Part shown: one piece after another, positions 13,801-27,328 of the stretch | Position numbering within the stretch: position 1 is the stretch's first letter | How the letters are laid out: the number at the start of each line of letters is the position of its first letter | DNA from: Kudoa neothunni | Taxonomy: Eukaryota; Animalia; Cnidaria | Length of the DNA: 64,000 nucleotides | Direction of reading: 5' to 3' | Assembly (NCBI GenBank): GCA_964304625.1 | Contig: OZ199838.1 | Span: forward strand, 2,169,329 to 2,233,328 | Program-made: the position numbers and the translations under genes | The notes under the pieces: model-generated | What the model was told of the DNA's origin: nothing | The model's database searches: none | The model's input: the letters and a program-made list of their open reading frames with translations, nothing else

Positions 13801-16800
13801 AATTACAGAAAATATGGCATGTTTTACAACAAAATAATAAAACAATGGACGCGAAAATGCAATGGTTAGCCATTAAGGGTTTAAAAGATGAACTAGGGCT
13901 CGACGAGCCCATCCCGATTAATTTCTATCCTTTATTGGATTATATTTTAGGCAGTGTTTGCTTATTTTAATACGTTATTGCGTGATAAAAAATATATGAT
14001 ATACAATAAATAATTTATTTTGGGGGGCACTCAAATAGGTAATTTTTTTTATCCAATACTCGTTACATAAACTACATCGTTTCCGATCATTCATATTGTT
14101 ATTTTCCGTAAATGACGTATTATTCTCATTAAATTCAAACCTAACTGCTTTAAGAGAACGTTTAAAGGCGGGTCTACATCCGATTTGTTGGTCTTCAGCT
14201 CTTAATTTCTGGTGGCTTACAATCAAAGAAGCGAATAAATCCACTAAAAATTCTTTTAAACAAATACGATAAATGAATTAAAAGCAGCCACATCAATAAT
14301 TTATCGGTAGATAATTGATTTGAGAAATTCAAACATGACACTGATGCATTACTTATTTCGAATTCATTGAAAATTTGCAACTATATGCAAAATAAAATTT
14401 TAACAATTTACACGAAACAAAAAATTAGAAAAACATTTTTTTAATAAATTATGCTCGATTTACTACTCAGATGGGCTTGTGGATCCCAAGGTCACCTAAC
14501 AAGGATTAATATTAATTTATGGAGATTAAATATCGAAAAATTATCGGATTAATATAAATAATAATTTTTTATTTTGAAAATAGAGTAAAATACATTTGAC
14601 CACAATTATTTGTAAATGTGCTTTGAGAGTCAATTTGACACAAAGTAAATTCATCAGGAAATGTAAATATGAAGTTTAACTGTAAAAAATTTTGACGCTA
14701 TCTGTTTCTAAATAAGGTTATCCTAGATATTCTACGATGAGACATCATCTACAGATATATTATTTATTAATGAAATGTGATTAATAATAATAATGTTAGA
14801 TTTAATTGTATATCAACCTAAGTAAATTTATAAGGACACGTTATGCTAATGCAAATCTGCGGGGCCAATAGACATTGCTAAATTTTTTCGGTTATTATTA
14901 TGTACAAATCTGAAAAAATAGTCAATGTTACTAGGCTGGATCGACATTGGCATTAAGAGCTCATGATTACTATTCAACGAGAGTATTTGATGATTGTGTA
15001 AAGCCTTATTAATTTTTGTTTCAAAATTTAACCTCTCAGATAAACTTTACGCGCACGAACAATGATTAATAAAAAAGACAAATACCCCATGCGGAAACTA
15101 TCCATGGCGCATGCGTCAATTTATCGGTGGTGTGATGCCTGCAGTTCAAATCCAATCGTAGCGCGCATTTCATCTAACAACAAATTCATGTCACGTGTCG
15201 AATATCGTGACAACTACTTGTAAACATTTTGGAAAAGAAGCATGCAAGTCCTCATCTAGTAGCATCACTGGCATCCAATGTGTGCCACCATTAAAACTGA
15301 TGATATTCTGATAATAGGGAGCTCCAACTGACATTTGTTTTGGCTTCTTCAATGTAGCCATCATTGTCCCAGGGGTACCTTTGTTGGCTGACACCGAAGA
15401 ACAGGATCTATATCACACATGGATAAGTTTTCGAGTGCTCCAATAAAACACTCCAACCTGCCAACATCCTCAAGCAAATCGCCCAATATTTTCCACAAAT
15501 TTTAAATCATGTTTGTTGGCCGCGTATAAAGTAGTGGCATTTTTCGAATTGGTCACCAACACATAGATTTCATTGTGTTCATTAATATGTGCCACATTAA
15601 ATTGCTAAATAAATGCAAATATTTCCCAATCCCAAACGCGCTATATGTTATATACCTTTGCATCGACACGTTTCGGGAAAGTGCATTCCTTATAACGAAT
15701 GCCATTTTCCGAGTATATGAGATTTCTATGGCCCTTACCATCCTATCAACCCCCAATTCAATAGTTCATAATATTCGCCGACTATAAACAATGTGTGTAC
15801 CTTGATGGTGACAAAATAATTGTTCTCGTCGTAAATTTGATAATCCTCGTATTTCAATATGGCAACAAGAGTGAGATTTGGCATCACACTGTAAAGAATG
15901 TTATTTCCCGAATCTAATTGGCATTGTTGAGTCAGCCATTTGATAGGCACAATGAAGGAAACAATACTTTTTGCGAAGACAACAAAAGAGGGTTTTTCCA
16001 CTATTTTGTGATCATCAGTAATCTGATAATCAATACTATAGCGACAAATTATTATAGTCAAAATAAAAAGTGTCAAAGCACCATTTTATGTTATTAACTG
16101 TGAGAGGATGAGTCGTGTGTGTTGAGAACCGGTTGTTCGTAATCACAAGTTTGGTTTTCTAAACCATCCCGTCTCAGTCTTATGATCAACCTGACCGATA
16201 CCATCCAAACTTACACTGTTTTTATCCAGAGCATATAAAGCAAACAGATCCGGATGATTTTTACAGTTTTCAGCTTCCACGATTGCTGAATCGAATGGAA
16301 AAGGTTGGAATACAAGCTCTTTGGAGCCCATTTTTGAAAGAAACAACTTTTTATCGTGAAAGGTGCCAGCCATAAACACGTCATTATGAAGTATTTTGAT
16401 AAAGTCTAGATTGACTTTTTTTCTCCTCATTCGACAAAACAATTGGCTCGAAAGTATCTCCAAAATCATTCGAATAGAAAGTCGCGAAATCAGATTTATG
16501 AGCATTAAACAAGTAGTTGTAGAAAAATAGAAAAACATGATCTTGTTTTTCACCCATCACCAAATTTACATAATTTTGATTTGCTGACAGTTCAACCTAA
16601 ACCACATACAACGGTGGAAAAACTCAAAATATACTGATTTCAATTACCTGTCTTATTGTTACTCCATCCACTTTGATAACATCTGACAATGAGTTCTGGA
16701 TGGTCGGTGCCACCAAATTTGTTAGCAGTATTGAAACCCAATAAATCCAGCCGAGCGGAACCACATCGTTTCCAATCATCTTGTAAATATTCCTACCCAA
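4814..16800 (-). CDS. SORL1/sortilin-related receptor-like: VPS10 domain, 10CC, degenerate beta-propeller, EGF, 5 LDLa repeats, TM, acidic tail (~20 exons; start codon not resolved)
   Basis: Asp-box/BNR motifs ([33 protein letters not shown]). 10CC module (CTEEDF...[14 protein letters not shown]...[10 protein letters not shown]). EGF ([10 protein letters not shown]...CGCKDGY). Five LDLa repeats (e.g. [16 protein letters not shown]). [22 protein letters not shown] and tail ending SEDEDFFH. Exons join in phase across large introns 11180-15085, 9022-10486 and 7189-8770. One or two apparent frameshifts (see findings). Confidence 0.85.
13008..13042. repeat. Perfect 15-bp inverted repeat with 5-nt loop
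   Basis: cgtagttatacgtac-gtaat-gtacgtataactacg, inside a TACGT-rich patch of the large receptor intron. Confidence 0.85.
13636..14509. mobile_element. Non-autonomous piggyBac-like element (outer element of a nested pair)
   Basis: TTAA at 13636-39 and 14506-09. After removing the inner insert, the left end ttaatccttaaaagatgaactagggctcgacgagcccatc matches the reverse complement of the right end at 31/40. Confidence 0.7.
13643..13884. mobile_element. piggyBac-type MITE (inner element)
   Basis: TTAA-CCCT...AGGG(T)-TTAA ends. Internal 42-bp inverted repeat, 13690-13731 vs 13795-13836 (40/42). Confidence 0.7.
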
Positions 16801-17523
16801 CTGTTAAGTTGAATGTAAACCTAGATAAGTCGCCTAGAACCGATGATTCACGCACACATTGAATCAGTACAATAACAAATAGGTTGATAACAATACGGTT
16901 GTTACCTGCCAGGTATTCGGTTCCACAATCTCAAGCGACTCTTATGGTTACTATTTCAAATTCTGTACAAACTACTTAAACTTAAAAGCTAATGGACAAT
17001 TTTATAATCTGATTATTACTACTTATAACGAAAGCTATTCGCCGTAAAATTTACAATAAAAGAGCTATCGTGTATAATTAAATGTGCTTAATCAAAATCT
17101 GATAATGAATCGATAATTTGTTCAAGAGATTACTTGGTGCGATGATATGATTTTGAATTAATTGACAAATCCCAATAATCCTACGGTGGTGCGATATTCA
17201 TATACCTTTGAATTAAATCATTTTTGAAATTTATTAGTCAGTTTACATGAACGTACCAGGAATTCACAACCAATCTTCACGTGTGCCTCTAACGACTGTC
17301 CAAAAGCTCCAGCTTATTATTTATCCATTAAACGTTTACGTGATGTTTTATATACATTATTAATTACTTGATATTTTTTATATTGGGTTAATTTTTGAAC
17401 AATAATATATTTTATTTGCATTATTAATTATATTGATTTTAAATATTATATGATCTTTTTATTATCCATTTATCAAAATTTATGTGTGATGAGTAATCAG
17501 AATCCTAGAGTGGCATAATTTAT

Positions 17524-17551
17524 GTTGTTGTTGTTGTTGTTGTTGTTGTTG
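17524..17551. repeat. (GTT)9 microsatellite
   Basis: Direct reading of the sequence. Confidence 0.95.
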
Positions 17552-19699
17552 CATAAATTTCAACTTAGTTTTAAATATTCGAGCCATAAAGGTTGTTACT
17601 TGGGAAAATATTATAAAAAAATGACGATTTACCATCGTTTATACTTGTCAATTGCACGTTTATTGCAATATCTAATTAGAGAGCAGTTAATATCTTATTA
17701 GCTGCTTTCTAATTTGTACCTAAAATTCTATAATACAATAACTCTCATTTTATAATCATTCTCAATAAATACGAAAATAGATAACGATGTTTAAAATACA
17801 AACCCGTATATTATAATATTGAGGTTTTCCGAATTGAACTTATCATAAATAAACTCAAAATAGAGATAATGAAAGATGAACTTAATCAGATTGTAAATTT
17901 TAAAATTGGGAATCGATTTCTTGAGTCACTATTTTTTTGATTTATCCTGTCTATCAACTAACATTTTATTCGTATAATCTTTATACTCCTTTATTTTTAA
18001 ATTATTATTAATTCTTCAGCATAAATATAAATATCTTCATTTTAATTGAACATAATTTAAATAATTAAATACTCTGTGATTAAAACTTTAAATGGACTAA
18101 CATCCTATCATTAAATAATAATTTGCAAGTTCTATATAGGAAGAGGTCATTAAATTTTGTTATTAAAAGGAGTGGAGTGCAGTATAATGTGAGTAAAAAA
18201 GATTTCTAATTTAATTATGCCTGCAGTGGATATATCATTTTTTATTTATCGTTACGTATGTAAGAACGCCTGACGCTAATGGAGAATTAGATTGACATAC
18301 AATCACAATTGTTGGTATAATGTGTTTAAATTAATAAGCTTTAAATAAATTATAGAAAAAGGCTATTGTCATGGTAACTAATATTCAGGGCGACATCAGT
18401 TTTGACCTTATTTAATTATTTTTGGTTGACACATTCACTCTTAAGGTAATAGTTGGTTATATAAGGGGTGTGCGGTTGAGAGTAGTGCGATGTGGCACCA
18501 CTCTCAACTTAATACAAATAACGCAGATTTGAATTCCAATTCGGACCTTATGTTACACTTAGGAACCAGAAATAATTAAATATAGATCAAATATAAATAG
18601 GAGTTACTAGGATTAAAAACGGGCACATCGCAGCATAGTTGCCAATTTTCATTAATTAATTTTGCGTCAATAGCTAGGCTAGCGCCGTAAAAAATCGTCT
18701 CGTGTACACGCATAGGAAGTTTAAGATTACAATTTACCTTGTGAATAATTTCCGCCCAGATTACACTCGAGAGAAACTTTTAATGTGTTAAAGCAGTGGC
18801 TGGAAAATTAATATACAAATATCTTGATCAGTAATCGGAAGCAGACAATGCACTTTCGCGTATTCTTTCGTGTTCATGTTTTCGCGCATTAAAGCCATGT
18901 CTAAATATTGGCGCGAAACACAAACCAAATTTATTTTAACTATAAATTTCTAGTATGAATCGCCAACGAAATCGTATTCGTAGGTTTATATGGAGGAGGT
19001 TTAATTTTTGAGAAATATCGAGATTATGACTCCGAAAATTTTATACTAATAATAAACTAATCCTTAAGAAAGCAATAACAAATATTTTATGCTATTTACA
19101 TTACGAAACCGTATTCTTAATAATTTCTCTCAATTCAAATTATATATTATATTCAAATCGATCTAGTTGATTCTTAAACATACAAATTTATTATCACAAT
19201 TCTTAAAATTCATAATAATTTGAGAAAAAATGTAATGTGTGATGTCGACAGATTTAAATGACAAAATAATGTGATTTTCTATACATATAAATTTTAATGC
19301 CTGTTACCAAATATTTAATGTTACGGTTTCATTACAAATTCTTTATTATGAGTTTATATTTCAAAAAATGTTTTAAATATGTGTTTATTTTAGTAAAACC
19401 CACAAAAAATATAGCTAAACGAGAGTGAATTTTAATATCGATGCAAGTGTGGACTTGGAATGTAACATTTATGACTAGTGGGTTATCAATTGCCACCCGT
19501 AGATTTATAGTTAAACGATCTATTTCAATTTATGCAAATAATAAAGTAAATTTGAGATTTTTCGTCCCCATCATTGGTAAATATGGATAGAAAAGTGTCT
19601 CATTCCTTGGTCCTAGAGCTGAACATCTTCCACGAGTAGAGAGCACCATTATTTAAATCTTTTTTCACATTGTCAGCGTTCCAAAGGGACATTTCAAAT

Positions 19700-20702
19700 A
19701 GGGGTTTAAGAATGAGATTATCGAGACTATTCAATACTTGAAGTTTTAACATTGATGGAATCAATCAAATATTGGGGGACTGGCTAAAACTACGTGCATC
19801 CACATTTGCTTTACAAGCGAACTAGCGTTAATATCCCAATGCCGCTCAGTAATGAAAATATTTACATTGAAAAATCCCTGAAAACAAATTAAAAAATACG
19901 CTAATCCTTTAAATTAATCTATATAAGTTTATATATGTATTTTTTACATACGTTAAAAAATAGAAAACTCCAAATATAATAATTCATTGTAATAATAATA
20001 ATAAGATTAAATGTTAATTTTATAAGGCATATTTATCCGAAATAATGAGATAAACTATTATGTATCTATTGTGCATTGTGTTAGTTACATTCCACTTTAT
20101 CGCATTTTTTTATTTCGTATAATTAGTTTTTTTTAAAAATAATTATTGAAAAATTAATTGACAATAAATTTTTGTTACGTATTATGGTTGTAGTGAAATC
20201 CAAAAGCTGACCATTTCGTTACTATAAAAATTTAATAATACTTATTTTAATGATAAAATGATTTTAACTTCTTTAATGCAAATAAATTATCACCAAAAAA
20301 ATATATAAACTAAAAAATGTATTAAATAATTGAAATAGTTATGTAAAAAGTTTATAGTGGTTATATAAATAATGATATAGAAGATAATGTACTATTATTG
20401 AATGTGTGAGGCTTACTTAACTAGCTGAATCAAATAATTTTGAAAATAAAACATTATAAAAAATGTTTCCAAGACCTATAATTAATTTACAAGTTAATGT
20501 AGAGAAAACAGAGCGAGTTTTGATTGATTTTTGGAAACTTAACGAAGATTTTGCAAGTGCCAATGATGTTGTATTCGGGATTCATTTATTTTATTATGAA
20601 CAATCGCTTACGAATAGGCAAAAAATAACGCTCGAAAGGTTGCTTTTAGATTCTCAATCCTACCTTATAATTTTATCTAGAAGCCAATTACTTCAATTTT
20701 AA
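19700..20702 (+). mobile_element. Two highly decayed hAT dimerization-domain remnants
   Basis: SIKYWG...HPHLLYK...NIPMPLSNENIY (~19760-19865) and LIDFWKLNE...LTNRQKITLERL (ORF 20463..20702) resemble hAT C-terminal motifs. Confidence 0.35.
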
Positions 20703-21535
20703 TATACACCTGCTAATCTAAATTCCTTAACTTAAAAGATTATCGTATATTCTTAAGAAATTTAAAATGTTCGCTATAAACAATGTACACCTATAGTCAA
20801 TTAAATCCCAAGTGTTAGTTCTACCCTGTAACTTCATACATATATCCTCAATATAATAATCAAAAAGTCCCATTTTAAGGTGAAAGTATCACGATAATCG
20901 ATTTTCTAAATGACTATTTTCAAACTGTCAGGGTGGCAGGAACACAGACGTAACACGCAATAATTCAGAATTCATTCAAAATGATGTCACGAACACGAAC
21001 GAAAGTACATTGTCTGATTGGAAGACAAGAATAAATAATGCTCAGAGTTCGCGTATTGAAATTCTATTAACAAATTGGTTGAATTAAAGCTAAAAATGAG
21101 GTTAAAACTTGCATGCGTAAACGTAAAATTTCTAGGAAAGGAAACCAAATGTTAACTAATATCTATGGGAAATTTCAATTACCTATTTAAGTTTCAATAA
21201 AAGAAAATTCGATAATTCAATTAATACTAAGAAAATAATGACAAAACAAATATTTATAATGTAAAAGTAATAATAAATCAACAATAAAACAAAAATAAAG
21301 ATAATTCGAATAAAGTATTTTTTGATAAATAAATTTAATCGAATGAATTGTATGATAAAAATAATTTCCGAAAATAAAGCTCATCTACTTAAAAATATTA
21401 TTTTAGATAAAATTTCTGAAAAATAAATTCTTATTAAATTAATCTTAAAAAATTAATACAAATTTTGGGAACACCCACGTATATCATGCTAAATAAAATG
21501 CGATAAAGTCATAAAACAAAAAATTATCAAAAATG

Positions 21536-24385
21536 TTAACCTACAAAATTATTTTTTGTTAACAGATCCAACGCTGCTATCATCATACCATCACAATCGA
21601 CCAATGCATTGTAACTCAGCGTTTCATCAAAACCGAGCGACATCAAATACTCCAGATCTTTGACCCAACTTTTGGTCTAAGATCGCGTCAAATTTCGAGT
21701 TAAAATCAACCGATAATACTTCAATAATGTTTCCCTCCATTTTTTCTAATAACAATATCAATCTATTAACTGAAATTTTGGGATGGTCATGGTGGCATTG
21801 TTGGAGCTGTGCCAGCACATCGTAAACCTGCAAATAAATTAGTCAAAGAGAATTAGATTCAAAAGGAGCGCTTACTTTGGAATCATTGATATCATCATAT
21901 TTTGTGACGACAGCCCTAACAATATCAGCATCAAACCCCATAGACAATAGAGTGGTTTGGTTCGTAATTTGAAGCGAATTAAATTCAGTATCATTTTTAT
22001 CATTTAATTTATTCGGATGATTAAAATTAGATTCAACTGGCGGGTAAATGTTAGTTTCTTTCGACGATTCGTGAAACATATAATTTATATTGGGGTTGAT
22101 TGTTTTATTATTTTCGTTAATTTGAGGGTTAGGTATGTATTCAACGTTAGGCGTGGGACTAGGTTTCATAAAAATTGACTCCAGCAAATCCAAATCATCT
22201 TCAACTTCTTGATTTTCCATATCACTTTTTTCATTCTCTGTTAATTTTCTTTCAATGTTACTTGGATTCAAATATTCTTGACCTACATTATAATAACTTG
22301 GTGATTTATACAATTAGGTTTTTTACTTTTACCATGGATATTCGGCTGACCGTCCGTGGACAGATGATTCAGATAGCGTCTTTCATTTGAAAATTTGTAC
22401 TACATTTGTATCAAAAATTAATATTTCTATTTAAAGAAATTGAAATTATTGGTAAATTTAATAAATTGGAGATCTATAATTTAAAACAAAAATCAAAATA
22501 AAATTCGCGATACTTCGTTTCGCTTATTAGGATAATAAATATTTAGCTAAAAATATAATAAATAAAGTGTATCTATATTTTAACATTTTTATCATTTTTA
22601 TATGGTATTACTGCTTGCAAAAGGTAGTGAAAACAAACTGTTGAAACGGTTGGCCTTCTAGACAGTTGTTAATATATTCCATAAATATAGAAATACTAGT
22701 TGTCGAAACGTTAACTATTAATATATAATTACATTAATGAATAAAATATTTTATTCAATAAATTTATTTTAAAGTTATTATTTAAAAATTATATATTCAC
22801 GTAATTTGTTTCGCCAATATTAATAAATTACAAGTGGATATAGTTTTTTTAATAATTGACAAAGTTTAATTTTAAACCTAACTAATGTTTATTTAGAACA
22901 ATCTTTCTTTTAAAATTTTTTTCGCTGTAGATTAAATCTTTAATTATGTCAATTTTATAATTTATAATTTTATTAATGAAACAATATTTCATAAACTTGA
23001 TTAATGGTATCAAACACTGCTGTAATGAAGGTTAAATGTATTTGTAATATTTACAAAACTTTCATTCATAAAGTCGAACCCCGTTTATCCGAAAATCGCC
23101 CTATCCAATCGATCTTTTAAAATTTATTTGAAATTGATATATGTTTTAAATAAAAAAATTTCTTTTAACCGAAACAACTTTTTTCTGGAATTTTCGGATA
23201 AAATTATTTTGAAATCTGGATTGGTGGCTGGTTAAAATGGCATCTGCACTTATTTTTATGATACACATGATCGTTATTCATTCATTCAATTTAAGTTTAT
23301 ATGTGATTAATAGAAACAATGCAAAAATATTGAAAATGAACAGATAAATGTTGAGTAAAGACAAATTGCCTTTTATATTTTCATGAGAAATATAATATAA
23401 AAAAATGATATTTATGGCACATTTGTTTTTTCTCATAACCTCTCCAACATTAAGTCCTATTGATCCGTAACAATCATTAATCAATATTAAATTCTGGGAA
23501 TAAAGCATACCTTGATTAAACAGAATATTCCAAATATCGTTATGGAGAAATCTGAGCAACTACTTCTCATACTTATTTTAATTAATCTTATCATCCTTAT
23601 TAGTGTAACTCATAATATCCAAATAGGGAAGAAACTATAAAAACTAACAATTCTAACACATTTTAGAATGTATCTTTCCAATATAGCGCAAAGGTTTTCA
23701 CATTCTATTAACTGTTGCAACTTATATACAGTGCGGTTATTTTTTGAAAATATAAAACAAACATAGAATAACGGAGAAATAAAATATGTAACCAACTTAA
23801 AATTTTTTGTGCTCCGCTCATGATTACACATCAAACTTCGTTTAACCGAAATTTCAGTATCCGAAAGGAAAATGCCAGGTCCCAACATTTTCGAATAAAC
23901 GAGGTTCGATTATATAATAAAAATTTATTTAAAATTAAATTTACTCATTATTCACAAATTGGCGTATTATTATTTTGATCCAAATATTTATATATAATCA
24001 TAATTTATGGATAAAATCTATAAACTTGATCAAAAAACTCCATTTTTATAAGTTAAAAGGTTTGATTAGAATAATTAAATTTATATATTCTCATATATTT
24101 TATTGGTCGAAAATCGAACAAGTAAATAATCCAAATACCGATATCATTTTTAGAGGTGACTCAAAAGTGAAGTCTTGAAAATAATGTTTCACTTCACAAC
24201 GTAGTAATTTCTAAATTTGTACATTATAAATATGATTCATTGGTTATCAAGTAGATACTTGATATAAATCAGTTAGAGAAGGATTGATTTCAACATGGAC
24301 ATCCTTCAATGCTTCTATGGAAATTCATATCACACAGTTTATTAGTTAGCTTACCTGGCAGGTCATGTTGTTCGTTATTTTTCAT
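21536..24385 (-). CDS. UBAP1: Ubiquitin-associated protein 1-like (ESCRT-I subunit; UMA domain plus C-terminal UBA repeats), 7 exons
   Basis: Spliced product MKNNEQHDLPEALKDVHVEINP...YKFSNERRYL (UMA-like L.DV..I / Y.F..ER) ... LLSMGFDADIVRAVV ... LMSLGFDETLSYNALVDCDGMMIAALDLL (UBA MGF/LGF motifs). GT-AG introns include a 1739-nt intron at 22400-24138. Confidence 0.7.
23071..23912. mobile_element. pogo/Tigger-class MITE inside the UBAP1-like intron
   Basis: TIRs agtcgaaccccgtttatccgaaaat / attttcgaataaacgaggttcgatt, flanked by TA on both sides. Confidence 0.8.
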
Positions 24386-26227
24386 GGTAAAATTATGGGA
24401 AATGAAGAGATTAACTATTCATTCGTTGTATTCCGGAGAAATGCGTCAAATGCCGATCAAATTTTAAATTCCTCCTCTGTGAGCCTTAGGATTGATTAAA
24501 AAATTTCTATAACTTATGTATCCCAATTTGCGATCCATTTTATCGGCTAAAACACACTAAGTAATAATTTCGATAATCTTCTGGATTATTTCATTTACTC
24601 CTAATCCTTAATTTTCATTTTTTTTCTATTGTGATTTAGGTATATTCATACAAATATAAAAAAACTTGATCAATTTCACATCCATATGCCTAATATTTAA
24701 CACACCTGTTGGGATGGGATGAACTTTGAGATTAGAAATCATTAAATAATAAATTATTTATAAAAAATTATTTATAATCTGCATAAATGATACTTAACCA
24801 TACATTATTTTTTATTGTGAATATATAATAATTTACATTTTAATATTCATAAAGTAAATTATATAGTTAAGAGAATATGTTCGTTTTCATCAGTTATGTA
24901 TACTCAAATATACGATCGGCCGGACAAATAAAGACTACATGACAATCTCTCATAAATGTAGAGTTGAAATAATATATATATAAATTTTCTTTTTTTATCG
25001 TAAATATTCAAATAGAGTCAAATGTTTATCTCATCCTTAAAAATATTCATGTGATGCATCTACGTACTTCTAACATTAGTTAATGGTTAAATTGTATTAT
25101 AACTATAAGCAAGTTCGCATTTCCATTTCTAAAACAAAATTTTACTTTAATAATTGTAAAAAACATTAGATGTTAATTTCAAAAACATAAACTTGTTGAA
25201 ATTCTTATTTACCTTGTTTAAATATTTGTATTCTTTCTATTTTATTTGGGTGTTATCTATTTCAAAAAATACGTTCTACAAAATTTTATACTAAAGCGTA
25301 AAGAAATTTTTAGCAAAAGGCTGAGTAACTATGTATTGTAAATAAGTAGAAAGTGGCTATTTGCGTAGTAGATATTATTCAGGTGTCTCTGTTTTGACTC
25401 TATTTAGTTATATCTGGTCCCTATTAGTCAAGCGTTGGGTCAGAAATAATTAAAAACAATACAAAACCAATTTTTCACACTTTCCGCACATATAAATAGT
25501 AATTAATATCCCATTTTGGGAACATAAACGAAAAAATTGGCGTCATTTTTATCGATAAAATATAAATTCTAACTCTAACAATATTCGAACATGATCTAAA
25601 CCGTTTCCAACTAATGATAACATTTGATCTTTTTTGCGGAATGTCATTTAGAGTTGCTGTATTTGATAAGTAAAAATGTTTCACAGTAGCTGCTATCTTG
25701 GAGTTTTTAAGGGAAAATTTTCTTGTTTTATTAACTTTCCGTGTAATCATTTGTATAATTTTTCCGGGAGTTAGGATACATTGATCAACTGATTTCCCCC
25801 CAAAAGTGTGTAAAATTAATGAGTCACGTGATTTCACACATATTTTGAATGATTTAAAACTAATTATTAAATTAAAATTACTTTCAAGCTGAATATATTT
25901 GTTTATATAAACATTAGTAATATTTTCACTTATAATTAAATAACTCTATACAAAGCGTGTAAAATCGGTTGTCGATTGTATGTGTATAGCAGCTCCTAAA
26001 AAATTAAATTCGTATATTGTTTGTGAGTAAGAGTTGTTGGTAATAAAATTTCCAATGCTCAAACGTACATACTATTTAGGATTAAAATTTACTATGCATA
26101 TTAAATATATTTATCGAGTAATTTAAATTATGTATTTTCAATATTTTATTTATAAATTATTAGAAAAGAATTGATGTTTTTAAAATTAACAATTATATTA
26201 CAATTCAACAAAACTTTATTATTAGAG

Positions 26228-26542
26228 AAGGGATGCCTCAATCACGGGTAAATTTTAGATGACATGGGGTAAATTAAGTGACATCAAACTTGGATATAGG
26301 CATTTTTTGCATTATACGGTTTGTTACGTATTTAAGGATTTCTAAGGAGTTATATTATTCATAGCTATTAAAATAAATTAAGAAGTTGGCAGAAATGCAT
26401 AAAAAGCTTTTAGGAATAATAAGTACTTAAATAAATAGACAACCTTAAAGTTGATGTGGATTAAATTTTTCAAATTAATGGGGTTAATTAAGATCATTTA
26501 AAATCGAGGAAGTAAATTTTACAAACCGGTTGAGAACCTCTG
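26228..26542. mobile_element. hAT (Buster-type) MITE
   Basis: Right end ggttgagaacctctg and degenerate left end aagggatgcctcaa. Flanking 8-mers tattagag / tactagaa (6/8, central TA). Confidence 0.55.
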
Positions 26543-27328
26543 TACTAGAATAATTAAATTAATGTTTTATTAATTTTAAGGATTTTCATTAAGCATCTAC
26601 TCTCAAAATAGGGCCTATAAGCTTTACATTTCAGCGGTAACGTAAAAATTATTCTTTAATAATGTATGAAAACTGCTAATGATGAGGTCTCGCATATTAT
26701 GCATTAAATTGTGTATTACGTTATTTATTAACTTTTAAACACTAAATGACCTATTAGTAACTTCTATCATTGACATTCTTGCGGAACAAAATTACAGTAA
26801 CTATTAATTGCATAAGATTTTAGCAATTTATTCAACGAATTCTTAAGAATACCATAAAATTTTAATTCAAACTCAAACGAAGCTGTTCAAATTTATTTTA
26901 CTGTAATATAATGGGTTTCTAGGCAAAGTGCTGTATAGTGCCACTTTGGGCTAGATTTATCACACCACCAGATTCAAATAAACACGTGAAGATGAGAGTT
27001 GTGGTTTTGTTGATAAAATTAAGCAAATAAATAGCTCATCCAAAACTACGACTTACTATTTATATCCATCTAAGACCTCTCATTATATTGAATTTTTAAA
27101 CGAACTCTCAACCGACTGTTTTTTACAATAAGTTTTTCTTTTTTCTAATAAGCAAGCACATTGAGCATATTATCAAATTTGGCTCAAAAATCTCTCTTAA
27201 TAAAACCGAAATTCCATCTAAATTAAATATTCCAGTCAACATTTTACCTAGGAGTGGGTAATTTTGGGGTGGCAACAATACTATTAAATTCTCACATGGC
27301 ATGCGCGCACGAAGGGGGATCAATTTAA

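Noticed and set aside
18400-18540. Possible spliced-leader RNA (AAG|GTAATA followed by a hairpin)
   Set aside because: No convincing Sm site or repeat context; only the hairpin is reported.
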